Sequence record: MW812339.1
DNA length: 64,000 bases
Direction: 5' to 3' (one strand)
This document shows, in pieces, positions 7,415-16,856 of the stretch. The notes under the pieces were generated by a model. The model had not been told where the DNA came from and made no database searches. It saw nothing but the letters and a program-made list of their open reading frames with translations. A program made the position numbers and the translations under genes. How positions within the stretch are numbered: the stretch's first letter is position 1; each line of letters opens with the position of its first letter.

Positions 7415-8709
7415 TCGTCTTTTAACCACAGGCTGAGTTCAGACTGTGTGTTATAGCGTCCGGAAGCCATCGTCTGCCCGTCTACGGCTGACTGGAAGAC
7501 TTCACCCACAACGGTACCGTAACGCGTATAGATCCCATAGTTGTTGGCATATACGTATTTTACTGGCATTCCCGGATAGATGAATCCGTGACTCGAACGG
7601 TTCCATGTAGTTTGCAACATGGTTCCTAATGATTCCTCGAGTTTGGAACGTTGGGGTTTATCGGTATCACTAAAGTGTTGATCGGGATCGATGGGCGCAT
7701 TCACGATTCCGCCAGGATACGCCGCAGGGTTCGCCTGAGAGACGAATTTGTCTGGGGTGGTCATACTGGTCTCACCGGGTGTGAACGACGTGCTACGGCC
7801 GTCCAGGACGCGTACAGAGCCTACACGATAACCCGTGCCGTGGTTCAGTGCATTCTCGTCACGCCGTTCCAGACTGGTTGTATCGCCACCGCAGATGAGG
7901 TACAGCACATTCCCTGCCAGGTGTGCTGTTCTGTCGAGGTTCGCCGCTTGCTCACGAGGCAGGTTATAGATAACCAACTTCCGCGCTGCTTTCGAGAACT
8001 TCTGCGAATCCCACGGACGGAACAAGTACCAACGCTGCAGATACTGGAACACCCCCAACCCTTTACTGTAAATGCCGTAGTGCTTTTGCAGGTAATCAAA
8101 CACGCCTAAGAAGTTAGTCGAGTCCGGAACCACAATATCCCGATACCCCTGCTGTTCTTCTTCGTCGTACTCAATCCCTTTCAATTGCCCTTCGGCCGCA
8201 GTACCGGTCGGGAGGGTATCCGCTAAGATTGCTCTGGCCAGCGTTAATCCGTCAGTGCCATGGTAAATCCCGCCTACCTGTCGATTGCGTAAGTACCACA
8301 TCGACTCGTCCATCAGCTCCAGTGTAACCAGTGCGAGCGATTTATCGTCCGACTGAGACAGGAACATGGTGGGCGATTCAGCATCGTGGTCACGGTTGTT
8401 TATCACGATACCGCGGTAGTTAAACACCCCCGCAATCTTCGTCCCGTTACGCAACACTAACTTCACCTTCACATCACCGTCAGAACTGGAAGTAATCATG
8501 CGCATTTGACTAAACGGAATCGCCAGAGTTAAATGCGACAGTAAGCAGATATCCTTGATGAAATGACCCGCGTGAATTATCGACAACATCTTGAGTACCG
8601 TTACCGGTGCCCCCTTCACGGTCAGAAAGACCCCGTAGTCGATAGCCGGTAACCCAGCCGCATTTGCGATATGGCTGTTCGCCATCTGTTGTAACCGACC
8701 AAAAGACAT
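7399..8709 (-). CDS. Virion protein, probable baseplate hub-like (SPN3US gp64-like)
   Basis: 436 aa. Assigned from its position in a conserved virion operon; function inferred. Confidence 0.5.
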   Translation of the reverse strand: MSFGRLQQMANSHIANAAGLPAIDYGVFLTVKGAPVTVLKMLSIIHAGHFIKDICLLSHLTLAIPFSQMRMITSSSDGDVKVKLVLRNGTKIAGVFNYRGIVINNRDHDAESPTMFLSQSDDKSLALVTLELMDESMWYLRNRQVGGIYHGTDGLTLARAILADTLPTGTAAEGQLKGIEYDEEEQQGYRDIVVPDSTNFLGVFDYLQKHYGIYSKGLGVFQYLQRWYLFRPWDSQKFSKAARKLVIYNLPREQAANLDRTAHLAGNVLYLICGGDTTSLERRDENALNHGTGYRVGSVRVLDGRSTSFTPGETSMTTPDKFVSQANPAAYPGGIVNAPIDPDQHFSDTDKPQRSKLEESLGTMLQTTWNRSSHGFIYPGMPVKYVYANNYGIYTRYGTVVGEVFQSAVDGQTMASGRYNTQSELSLWLKDEKFTA

Positions 8710-9245
8710 TAGCGGCCTCCTCGTAACCTGTACGCAATCTCGATGCGTTTCATAATCGTGTCATTAAACCGGTGCTGCTGTGTTTCTAACCGCACCTGAC
8801 CAAACAACGACTGCAGTGCCACACCCATCGTGACCTCCGGCTTCTTGAAGTAACCATAACGGTTCGCAACAGGAAACAGTTTCGAGGCTAAGACGTTAAA
8901 CTGTCGCAAGCCTTCGATGGGCACGTCGCGGTCAAACAGTTGTGGGGTCTCCAGGAACTTTAACCAGTCGGATAAATGTTCCATTATCCATCCATAGACC
9001 TTAATCCCGTCGTTCGGGTCGTTAATGTCTAACGCACCCCCCGTTGCTAAATACTCCGCTGCGTCAGAGGGGTGCAGATAGATGGGTTTCATGTTTAACA
9101 GAAGCGCGTTGCGTTTCTTAGGATCTTCAGGCAAGAACAATCCGTGCTCTTCCCGAGCGTATTGGGTAATCGTCGCGTATTCTGGAACGCGGAAGAATAC
9201 CCACGCTTTAAACAGCATAAATGCTGCACTGCGTTTCTGTGCCAT
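8709..9245 (-). CDS. Conserved hypothetical protein (178 aa)
   Basis: ORF tightly coupled within the operon. Confidence 0.7.
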   Translation of the reverse strand: MAQKRSAAFMLFKAWVFFRVPEYATITQYAREEHGLFLPEDPKKRNALLLNMKPIYLHPSDAAEYLATGGALDINDPNDGIKVYGWIMEHLSDWLKFLETPQLFDRDVPIEGLRQFNVLASKLFPVANRYGYFKKPEVTMGVALQSLFGQVRLETQQHRFNDTIMKRIEIAYRLRGGR

Positions 9246-9248
9246 GAC

Positions 9249-10604
9249 TTACCTCGCGTATTTCAAAACCACATAAACGAGCGGTACGTAGTAGAACTGA
9301 CAGTCCTTTGGTAACGCCAGCACTAACTCAGCCAGTTTAGAGGCTGTGTCACTCGGTACCGGTTGCTTATGCAAATAGAGCCACAGACAATGCTCCAACA
9401 CGGAGGCATAGCTGCCGTTATAGAACGACTCGCTCAACAGATACGGCTTATACGTCAACGGGGCAAATGCCACCATATCGTCACCACCATTACCCTGATA
9501 GCTCTCGAACATCTGTGGTTCAAATGTCGTGAACTCCGGCCACTCGGCTTCGGTAGAGCTGAGCTGATAGACCTGCGAGGTAAAGAAGCGGGTTACCGTG
9601 AACTGCGACCAGGCAATCGTGTTACGCGTCTGCATGGTGCGGAACGTACGGGTGTTCAGTGGGGACGAATCCTTCTCCACATACGGCAGGAGTTCTGGCT
9701 GCTGCTGCAGGATAACTCCGAACAGTGTTTCGATGTCCTGTACCGGCTTCGGTGGATGCGGGTAGATACGAATATCTTTCCCTACCGTACGCAGGCCAAT
9801 GGACTTCACAAACATCGCCAGGAACACATCGTAGTAACCGCCCGCTTTCAATCCTTCGAGTTTCCAGTCACGGGGATATGCCAGTGTCTCCAAACTCGTG
9901 TCGTAGAATCGACGGACATACGTCGTTTCAATTTCCTTAATGCGGTCACCAAGCTGCAGAAAGCTGCGATACTCTTTTGGTGTTAAGAGAGTATCACCGC
10001 CTGTCCAGGCACGCTCGCGAACGTAGTACAGCTCGCGAACGGTGCAACGACGAATCGTCTCTGCCATTTCTGGAGTGACTTCGTAAAGCAGCGTATAGCG
10101 AATCTGGTAGGTAGCAACTTTGTTGTTCGACATTCGCGTTACCGAAGTAACGTTGAACAGACCGTAGCGATTGTCCCCGAGTGTGGTAACAAAGAAGTTC
10201 CCTTCATTCGGGGCTATTGAGGAGACCAGTGTGGATGCACCGGTAATCTCGAAGGTCTTGTTGTCGTCAGCCTGACTGCGTTCCAGCGCGCTGGTAACAC
10301 GCAGTAGCAGTTTGTTGATTTTCTGGAACTGTTGGGTCGGTGCATCGATTTTGGTATCGAACATCGTCTTCGGATCGTTACGGCCCAGCAACGAGTTGAA
10401 GAAATCGACAGACCAATCCGAACCGTCATTGTACTGCATCAGGTACTGCTTCGGTATCCGGTCAAAGTCCGTTACCGTGGTGCGGGTTGGCACCGTGACG
10501 ATGTTCGTGCTTTCCTTCACACCGTCTTGAGATTGATTCAGAATGGGGACTTCCTGTTCGATAGGTACGAACTTGGTATCACCCTTCTTCTTCGCCTGGA
10601 GCAT
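9249..10604 (-). CDS. Virion structural protein (SPN3US gp62-like)
   Basis: ORF track 9249..10625. Likely start is ATG 10604 after AAGGGG. Assigned by synteny. Confidence 0.55.
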   Translation of the reverse strand: MLQAKKKGDTKFVPIEQEVPILNQSQDGVKESTNIVTVPTRTTVTDFDRIPKQYLMQYNDGSDWSVDFFNSLLGRNDPKTMFDTKIDAPTQQFQKINKLLLRVTSALERSQADDNKTFEITGASTLVSSIAPNEGNFFVTTLGDNRYGLFNVTSVTRMSNNKVATYQIRYTLLYEVTPEMAETIRRCTVRELYYVRERAWTGGDTLLTPKEYRSFLQLGDRIKEIETTYVRRFYDTSLETLAYPRDWKLEGLKAGGYYDVFLAMFVKSIGLRTVGKDIRIYPHPPKPVQDIETLFGVILQQQPELLPYVEKDSSPLNTRTFRTMQTRNTIAWSQFTVTRFFTSQVYQLSSTEAEWPEFTTFEPQMFESYQGNGGDDMVAFAPLTYKPYLLSESFYNGSYASVLEHCLWLYLHKQPVPSDTASKLAELVLALPKDCQFYYVPLVYVVLKYAR

Positions 10605-12093
10605 TCTCAGTCCCCTTAATTGCAATAATGGTACTGTTGAAGATGGTCAGCAGTACGCGCTTGTCTGGGTTCGGGATGCGTTTATCAATATCATCAATAA
10701 CGCTCGGCGGCAACACCGGTAAATCCCACCACCAATCCGGTACGCTCCATTTAGGGAACAGCCACTCGATAAGCACTTTGGCAGCTTTCGGGTACAGATT
10801 CAGCGGCCACAGGTTAAGGTTACGCCAGTCGTAGATGGCTGACTCGGTGAGGAAGTACCCTTTGTTGACATGTACGTCACGATTGCGTAACGAGAAGACC
10901 CCGTTTTCCCAATGGTAGAAGCGCGGTTCAACAATCTGTCCTTCTTCGAACAGTTCCATTCGGATGATCCCGGTCTGGCCAGTAGGGTCAATTGAACGGC
11001 AGTGTTCGATATACGGAATCAGGTCAGGGTTCCAGGCGTATGGCAAGTCGTCGACGTTGCAGACTTCTGGACTTTCCATGTTCTCTTCACCGAAACCTAC
11101 ATCTGTACCGAACACCGTCACCAACTTCGCTTTGAGCGGTGAGTGGGTACGTTCGAACTGTTCGGTTGGGCACAGCAGATACGGTAGGCGAATGAACCGA
11201 GTCGGTTCGTTAATCCACCACGTACCGTCCAGGTTCTTCTGCTGTTGGTGACGTGCCACGTCTTCTTCGTTACTGACCCACGGCGGGTCAATCTGTGGCC
11301 ACCACTCATCCGGCAGAGGAGTCTGGTTAATGATGTACGGATAAGAGATAACTATCTCTTCCGGGCGCTGGTAAGAGAAACGAATCACGAACTCGGCTTC
11401 GTAATGGTTTTCGTCTTTGTTCCAGGTTGGTGAGACGACGTCATACACCACTTCCACACGGGTCGGGGAATAACGTACGGCTAAAGCATTCTGACCCCCG
11501 GCAACGTTACCGGTAGTGAAGACCTCTGGCGCAAAGTGTTCTTTCAGGTACTCTTTGAAGTCAGCGTATTTTGGCACCCGTGTACCCGCTGCGACATAGC
11601 ACGCATTGAGTAACGCCAAAGCCGGCTTCGGAATCAGGTAGTAGGCCTCTGATTCGGTCATGGTCGAATAACGCCCCATGTCCACTAAGGAATCGAGACG
11701 GTTTGTCCAACGCAACAGTTCGTCGCGGGACGGTCCTACACGCCGTAACGTGGCGGTGACGTTGTACATAACGCGGACAGGTGCGGCACGCACTTGGTCT
11801 TCGACATTGTGAAAGAACGGGAGTTCAGCAGCCAATCCAACCTGACGGTTGATACGAGCCATCTCGTCACGTTCTTCTTCCACTTCGACGTACACGCGAT
11901 CCGGAGCAGCATAGTCCACAGGCGTCTCATCCCCAAGCGTAGAGCCTGGCTGGTGAGCTGTGTTAAAGCTGTCCGTGTACACCACCGCAGCCCGGTCAAT
12001 ACCAGACTCGTTGAGTACGCGTTCGATAACGCCGTCGACCGTTGCTTTGCGCATGGCCCTGTCCAACGATGGAATTTCAAAATACTGTTGCAT
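10579..12093 (-). CDS. Virion structural protein (SPN3US gp61-like)
   Basis: 504 aa. A TATG late-type motif and GAGG RBS lie upstream. Assigned by synteny. Confidence 0.55.
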   Translation of the reverse strand: MQQYFEIPSLDRAMRKATVDGVIERVLNESGIDRAAVVYTDSFNTAHQPGSTLGDETPVDYAAPDRVYVEVEEERDEMARINRQVGLAAELPFFHNVEDQVRAAPVRVMYNVTATLRRVGPSRDELLRWTNRLDSLVDMGRYSTMTESEAYYLIPKPALALLNACYVAAGTRVPKYADFKEYLKEHFAPEVFTTGNVAGGQNALAVRYSPTRVEVVYDVVSPTWNKDENHYEAEFVIRFSYQRPEEIVISYPYIINQTPLPDEWWPQIDPPWVSNEEDVARHQQQKNLDGTWWINEPTRFIRLPYLLCPTEQFERTHSPLKAKLVTVFGTDVGFGEENMESPEVCNVDDLPYAWNPDLIPYIEHCRSIDPTGQTGIIRMELFEEGQIVEPRFYHWENGVFSLRNRDVHVNKGYFLTESAIYDWRNLNLWPLNLYPKAAKVLIEWLFPKWSVPDWWWDLPVLPPSVIDDIDKRIPNPDKRVLLTIFNSTIIAIKGTENAPGEEEG

Positions 12094-12167
12094 CGGCTGT
12101 CCCTCGTTGTAGTCATATCACTGGCCTAAAACGCAAAAAAAAAGAAAGGGACCGAAGTCCCTTCTTG

Positions 12168-12716
12168 TTACTCCACCCGCACCGGGAAGTGCGGAAGTGG
12201 GGTCTTGAGAAATATCGTGCCTTCCAAAGAGAAGAAGATTTTGCTCAGCGTTTGGATATCACGGGACATTTCCTCAACGAAGCGCTCGCAATCATAGCCA
12301 ACGGCTTCTTTGATGTTGAAGTAACGCACGTCGTTCCAAGTGCCGTGCATCATCACCGTTGCGTCGTCTGGCCAGCTTACACCCATATATTCGTCGTATT
12401 TTATCCCGCTGCGTCTGTTTGGGATATTAAGCGCCCACGACGTACCACGAATAGCCCACCACTTAACGTCGTGGCCATCAGGTTTCGCAACGTAGAAACG
12501 TTCCACCTGTCTCTCTTCGGAAATATCGATAAAGATACGATAACCGTTTTCAGGCGTCCACTTAGAGAATTCACCGAGACCGAACTTCCAGTCTTCCATT
12601 AAGTCGAGAGACCAATACGGCATGTCGTCGATCTGTACCAGGGTCTTGAGAATGTGCTCGAGTGTCGTTTCATACACACCCGGCTCCACATCCTTTACGA
12701 TAAGTTCTGTTGACAT
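12168..12716 (-). CDS. Hypothetical protein (182 aa)
   Basis: AAGGAG RBS; terminator hairpin (gaaaggg/cccttc) downstream. Confidence 0.7.
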   Translation of the reverse strand: MSTELIVKDVEPGVYETTLEHILKTLVQIDDMPYWSLDLMEDWKFGLGEFSKWTPENGYRIFIDISEERQVERFYVAKPDGHDVKWWAIRGTSWALNIPNRRSGIKYDEYMGVSWPDDATVMMHGTWNDVRYFNIKEAVGYDCERFVEEMSRDIQTLSKIFFSLEGTIFLKTPLPHFPVRVE

Positions 12717-12725
12717 AAATGCTCC

Positions 12726-13058
12726 TTACAGATAAGCCATGATGCCGCGATGCCAGCGAGCACACTGAATACCGGACGGGCCGTGTTTGTCTTTGGCAAT
12801 CACCAGATGTTTATCCACGCCCACCTTGATTTCAGATGGGCTCTTTTCACCCAGCGCATTCAAGATTTCCAGATTCTCACTCGGGTCTTCGACTTTGTGG
12901 AACACCGGCTCCATCTGCCCGAATATCAGATAGAAACCTTCCATCGAACCCAGGACGTCGGTAAGACGCATTGGGCAGCTGGTAAGACGTCGGGCAATCG
13001 CTTGAGCAGATTCGGTGATAGAGTAGCGGTAAACAGTCTTGCAAGTACGGGTAGTCAT
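12726..13058 (-). CDS. Hypothetical protein (about 110 aa)
   Basis: ORF track 12726..13145. Likely start is ATG 13058 (MTTRTCK), overlapping TGA 13058-13060. Confidence 0.6.
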   Translation of the reverse strand: MTTRTCKTVYRYSITESAQAIARRLTSCPMRLTDVLGSMEGFYLIFGQMEPVFHKVEDPSENLEILNALGEKSPSEIKVGVDKHLVIAKDKHGPSGIQCARWHRGIMAYL

Positions 13059-13075
13059 CAGATACGGTTCCAGAT

Positions 13076-13579
13076 TTAATAGTGCCAGTCGTGGGTGTTC
13101 TTTTCGTTGTCGCGGGTATGGCGGATAGACAAATCCAAACGCCACACATCGCGGTCGATTTCAGGGAAGTGGGCATCAGCGCCATCAACCACCAGGTCAA
13201 TGCGGGAGACATACAGACGGTCTACTTTTGACAGCATCTGGTGATAGACTTCTGCACCGCCAATCACAAAAACTTCATCCGGATAACCGCGACACTTAAT
13301 CGCAATCTCTGCACACTTGATGGCATTGTCAATAGCTGGGGTGAATGCTGCGTGTTCGTCTTCGATGAAATCTCCCCAGTTGCGCGTCACCACGATGTGC
13401 TTACGGTTAGGCAAAGGGCGTCGACCCAGGCTGTCCCAGGTCTTGCGGCCCATGATAATAATCTTACCCGACGTTAAAGCTTTAAAGTTCGCCAGGTCAG
13501 CAGGTAAACGCCACGGCAGAGCATTCTCTTTACCGATGGCGTTATTGCGGTCCATTGCGACAATCATTGACAGTTTCAT
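13076..13579 (-). CDS. folA: Dihydrofolate reductase with an apparent premature ochre stop near the C-terminus
   Basis: IVAMDRNNAIGKENALPWRLPADLANFK, MGRKTWDS, RPLPNRKHIVVTR, VIGGAEVY and DAHFP are canonical DHFR motifs. The sequence after the TAA continues IWNRI-TGA. Confidence 0.92.
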   Translation of the reverse strand: MKLSMIVAMDRNNAIGKENALPWRLPADLANFKALTSGKIIIMGRKTWDSLGRRPLPNRKHIVVTRNWGDFIEDEHAAFTPAIDNAIKCAEIAIKCRGYPDEVFVIGGAEVYHQMLSKVDRLYVSRIDLVVDGADAHFPEIDRDVWRLDLSIRHTRDNEKNTHDWHY

Positions 13580-13929
13580 TCTTTGTCCTTTTGGAGCATC
13601 TTGTTCAGTTCGCGTAAATACAACGTTAAGTCTTTACGGCCGTATGTGTGTTGCTGCAGACTGCTAGTAATCAGCGTGATGGTAACCGTACGCGGCTCCA
13701 CATCCACAACCAGATGCTCAGTCTTCACCCCCGCAAACATCCCACTGCCGATAAACGGCGTAGACAAGCGCAAGGTGTAATAACCTACACGGTTACGGTC
13801 GTTCAAAAAGTCAAGAAGACCAACAACATCTTCTTGCACCAAATGCAGTTTCTCGCCACCTAAGGTCATGTGCAGCTTACCCTCTTTTGGTGCCGGGACG
13901 CTAATGCTGTAACGGTTCAATGGTGTCAT
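13576..13929 (-). CDS. Hypothetical protein (117 aa)
   Basis: ORF whose stop overlaps the DHFR start (ATGA). Confidence 0.65.
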   Translation of the reverse strand: MTPLNRYSISVPAPKEGKLHMTLGGEKLHLVQEDVVGLLDFLNDRNRVGYYTLRLSTPFIGSGMFAGVKTEHLVVDVEPRTVTITLITSSLQQHTYGRKDLTLYLRELNKMLQKDKE

Positions 13930-13977
13930 CCTCTACATCTCCAAAAAATAAAGGTAGCCCGAAGGCTACCTGTTAAC

Positions 13978-14541
13978 TTAGTTAATCACGCGCTGGAGTT
14001 CCTGCCATGCATCGCGGCTAGGCCCACTCAAGTTTACCACGTCACCTTTCACCGACTGGGCGTTAGCCTCGTGCATCAGATTGTCACGCACCAGCGTTTG
14101 GCGGATGTACAGCGATGCTGATAACGTTTCGAAGTTCGCGGGGTCGGTAACCACTTTGGTCTGGAACCCTTCGACATCGATTGGCAGGCGTTCGTTTTTG
14201 CGATGGAAGAAATGCTCCATCTTGGTGTAGTCGTGACTGCACACTTTACTCATGTACTGGAAGTTGGCATCGGTGATGTACTTCCACAGCCCAACCATCG
14301 CATCAGTATCGTGTTTGGTGAACGGTGCGGTGAGATAGAACTCATAGCCGTCGTATTGTAACGTGGCTTCCTTGGCAACGCTGTTATTCGCAATGGTGAC
14401 GAAGACACCCAGACCAATCATCACTGCCCGATGAACCTGGAGGTGTGACTGTGGGAATATCAGTGTTGTTTCCGGTGCCCAGAGAGGAGAAGATTTAGAG
14501 CAGAGAACATCTTGTACAGCTAACAGGTTAATACGCTTCAT
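13978..14541 (-). CDS. Hypothetical protein (187 aa)
   Basis: AAGGAG RBS; terminator (ggtagcc-cgaa-ggctacc) downstream. Confidence 0.75.
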   Translation of the reverse strand: MKRINLLAVQDVLCSKSSPLWAPETTLIFPQSHLQVHRAVMIGLGVFVTIANNSVAKEATLQYDGYEFYLTAPFTKHDTDAMVGLWKYITDANFQYMSKVCSHDYTKMEHFFHRKNERLPIDVEGFQTKVVTDPANFETLSASLYIRQTLVRDNLMHEANAQSVKGDVVNLSGPSRDAWQELQRVIN

Positions 14542-14574
14542 GGTTAATACTCCTTAAGTCTAATGGTCGATTAG

Positions 14575-14602
14575 CATACTGAGGTTAGGGAATGTAAAAT
14601 TT
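14575..14602 (-). promoter_or_regulatory. Putative middle promoter AAATTTTAC-N15-TATG
   Basis: AAATTTTACattccctaacctcagTATG, nearly matching 29140 (AAAATTACgttccccgcactcagTATA). Confidence 0.6.
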
Positions 14603-15368
14603 ACGCGGCCTTAGGCTCGGCTTCTTTTTCAGCCGGCATCTGTACTTCATGCAGCATGGAGTTGGCACACTCGAAGATAGCATCCAGGAAACCACGGTAC
14701 GGTTTCATGGCTTCGTTACGGGCGGTTTCTTTAGCTTTGGCTTCCGCTTCTTCTTTCTCAACGAGTTCCTTCGCAGTCATTTCCGGATGAGTCTTCATGC
14801 TTTCTGCCAGAGACATAACGGTCACCTGCGCATTCATCACCGGAATCTTACGCATGACGACGGTGATGTTCGTGTTAATGTCGAAATCACCCATGAGCGT
14901 GGAGAACACGCTGGAGAAGTCTTTCATTGGGTCGTCAGACACTTCCAGTACCGAAGGAGTAGCGACCACACCGAATGCCAGGACAGCTTCAACCACATCG
15001 TCAGCAACGTGGAACGCATACGGGGTTTCATCCATCTGCAGGTAATGCTTACCGTCGTATTCGAACGGTGTGAAGTTGATGGCTTCACCCTTCGGCAAGC
15101 GGATAGACTCCACCGCCATTTTGTACTGCACTTCGTACAGCTCAGGTTTGGTCTGGTCAACGTTATCCAAAGTGAACAACGTGTTGCCTACCGCCAGACG
15201 ACGTGGCAGTTTGCGTTTGTTAATCTCACGCAGCCAGACTTGCAGCGCCAGGAATTGTACTGGGCCAAAGGTCAGCTTGATGCCATTGGCTGCTTCGAAT
15301 ACAGCGCCGTCTTTTTCGGTACGGGTGATAGTTGAGTTAGCCAGGGAAAGCAGGTTGATAGTTTTCAT
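14601..15368 (-). CDS. Hypothetical early protein (255 aa)
   Basis: AAGGA RBS; first gene after the TATATTAC promoter at 15424. Confidence 0.75.
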   Translation of the reverse strand: MKTINLLSLANSTITRTEKDGAVFEAANGIKLTFGPVQFLALQVWLREINKRKLPRRLAVGNTLFTLDNVDQTKPELYEVQYKMAVESIRLPKGEAINFTPFEYDGKHYLQMDETPYAFHVADDVVEAVLAFGVVATPSVLEVSDDPMKDFSSVFSTLMGDFDINTNITVVMRKIPVMNAQVTVMSLAESMKTHPEMTAKELVEKEEAEAKAKETARNEAMKPYRGFLDAIFECANSMLHEVQMPAEKEAEPKAA

Positions 15369-15423
15369 GATAATATTCCTTAAGTGATAGTCAGTTAAAA
15401 GATTACCAATGCAATCTCACTAA

Positions 15424-15442
15424 GGTAATATATATCTGAAAT
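15424..15442 (-). promoter_or_regulatory. Early promoter containing TATATTAC
   Basis: Identical 19-mer to 5985..6003. Confidence 0.8.
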
Positions 15443-15511
15443 GATTTCCAATCGGGGACAAAAAAAGAAAAGGGAAATCCCCCACCGAAGTGGGGGATGT
15501 CGCCAGCCTAA

Positions 15512-16777
15512 TTACTTAGACTTTTCGTACGCACCGATACCAGCGCTGATGTAGCCGTTAACGCCGGCGATCAGGTTTTTCTGGCCAGCTGCAACGCAGC
15601 GTTCGGTCCAGGAGATGTACTGGTTAGCAACGGTGATAGCACGACGCGCAACACGGACGTTAGAAGTCAGTTCTGCGTTATCGTCGATTTTCACGCCGTC
15701 GATACGTTTCAGCAGTTTCTCAATAGCCTGCTCGTACTTCTCTTGAGCCTGGTTATTTTTGTGGTATGCTTTCACGTTCTCTTCGACTGCTTTACCCAGC
15801 TGGTTGAAGAATGCGGCCAGGGAGGTCAGAGTCTGGATAGACGGAGTAGAAACAGACTGCTCTACGCTGCCTTCAGCATCGATGACAGTGAAGGACGCTT
15901 CGAGTTCTTCGCCGTTCACTTTCACTTCTGCTTTACCGATCTGGTTGCCCAGCAGCTGTACTTCGCCAGCTTTACCAGCAGTGGCTTTGTTCACCGCAGC
16001 GGCGAAGCCAGAAGACAGTTTACCGCCTTCAACACCGGCCACCATCTGAGTTGCTGCTGCAACTACCGCATCCTGCTCACCGTAGATACCGCCGATGGTA
16101 GACATAACACCTTTCAGAGTGTTAACGTCGTCACCAACGAACTTGCCACCAGTGGTCAGGTTCTTGATGAAGCCACCGCTAACGGTGTCTTTCTTCTGCT
16201 TGCCCAGGCCACGCAGAGCCGCGTCATATTTCTTGGCGCGAGACTGAATGGATTTACCCTGGTTGCTGAACTTCAGCCAGCGATCTTTGATTTTGCGACC
16301 CTGCTCTTTCAGCCACTCGTAGATACGCTGCAGGAACGCTTTGATGTCGTCCCACAGAGATTCACGAGCAACCTGGCGACGGTTACGTGCGCCGTAGGAT
16401 TCGCGAGCAACGCTTACGCGATGTTCGAACGCCCAACGTTTACGGATAGATTCCTGCGCAACGTCCAGCTGCTCAGCAGCTTCGTCAGGCATGTCTTCTT
16501 CCGCTTCCATTGGCTCTTCGCCGTCGTCGCCTTCGCCTTCACCGGAGGCAGCAGCTTCAGCTGCGTCTACGGAGTCCAGCTGCGCATCGGTTTCGTCACC
16601 ATCCTCAGCCATTACGTCCGCTTCTGCGTCGTTCTGGTCGATAGGTTTGGTGTCGTGCTCGATATCAGCCAGAGTACCTTCTACGGACTCAGCTGGCAGT
16701 TCGATGCCGTCTGGCACGATAGTGCCTGCGCCTTCGACTGATTCGCGAGCGATTTTACGTTGTGCAAAGTTTGCCAT
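15512..16777 (-). CDS. Abundant inner-head (ejection) protein, paralog 2 (SPN3US gp54 / phiKZ gp93 family-like)
   Basis: Acidic propeptide with ARE-12, AQE-109, ARE-126 and ARE-139. Paralogous to 16857..18134; strongly biased codons. Confidence 0.75.
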   Translation of the reverse strand: MANFAQRKIARESVEGAGTIVPDGIELPAESVEGTLADIEHDTKPIDQNDAEADVMAEDGDETDAQLDSVDAAEAAASGEGEGDDGEEPMEAEEDMPDEAAEQLDVAQESIRKRWAFEHRVSVARESYGARNRRQVARESLWDDIKAFLQRIYEWLKEQGRKIKDRWLKFSNQGKSIQSRAKKYDAALRGLGKQKKDTVSGGFIKNLTTGGKFVGDDVNTLKGVMSTIGGIYGEQDAVVAAATQMVAGVEGGKLSSGFAAAVNKATAGKAGEVQLLGNQIGKAEVKVNGEELEASFTVIDAEGSVEQSVSTPSIQTLTSLAAFFNQLGKAVEENVKAYHKNNQAQEKYEQAIEKLLKRIDGVKIDDNAELTSNVRVARRAITVANQYISWTERCVAAGQKNLIAGVNGYISAGIGAYEKSK

Positions 16778-16856
16778 CTTCTTAGATCCTCTAGGCGGTA
16801 CCGATGAGTACCGCCATTAATGATTTTGTCAACCGACGTTCAGTTCGTAAAGCGGA

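Noticed and set aside
16800-16835. TTGACA on minus upstream of the second head paralog, as a possible sigma70 promoter
   Set aside because: No -10 hexamer at 16-18 nt spacing.
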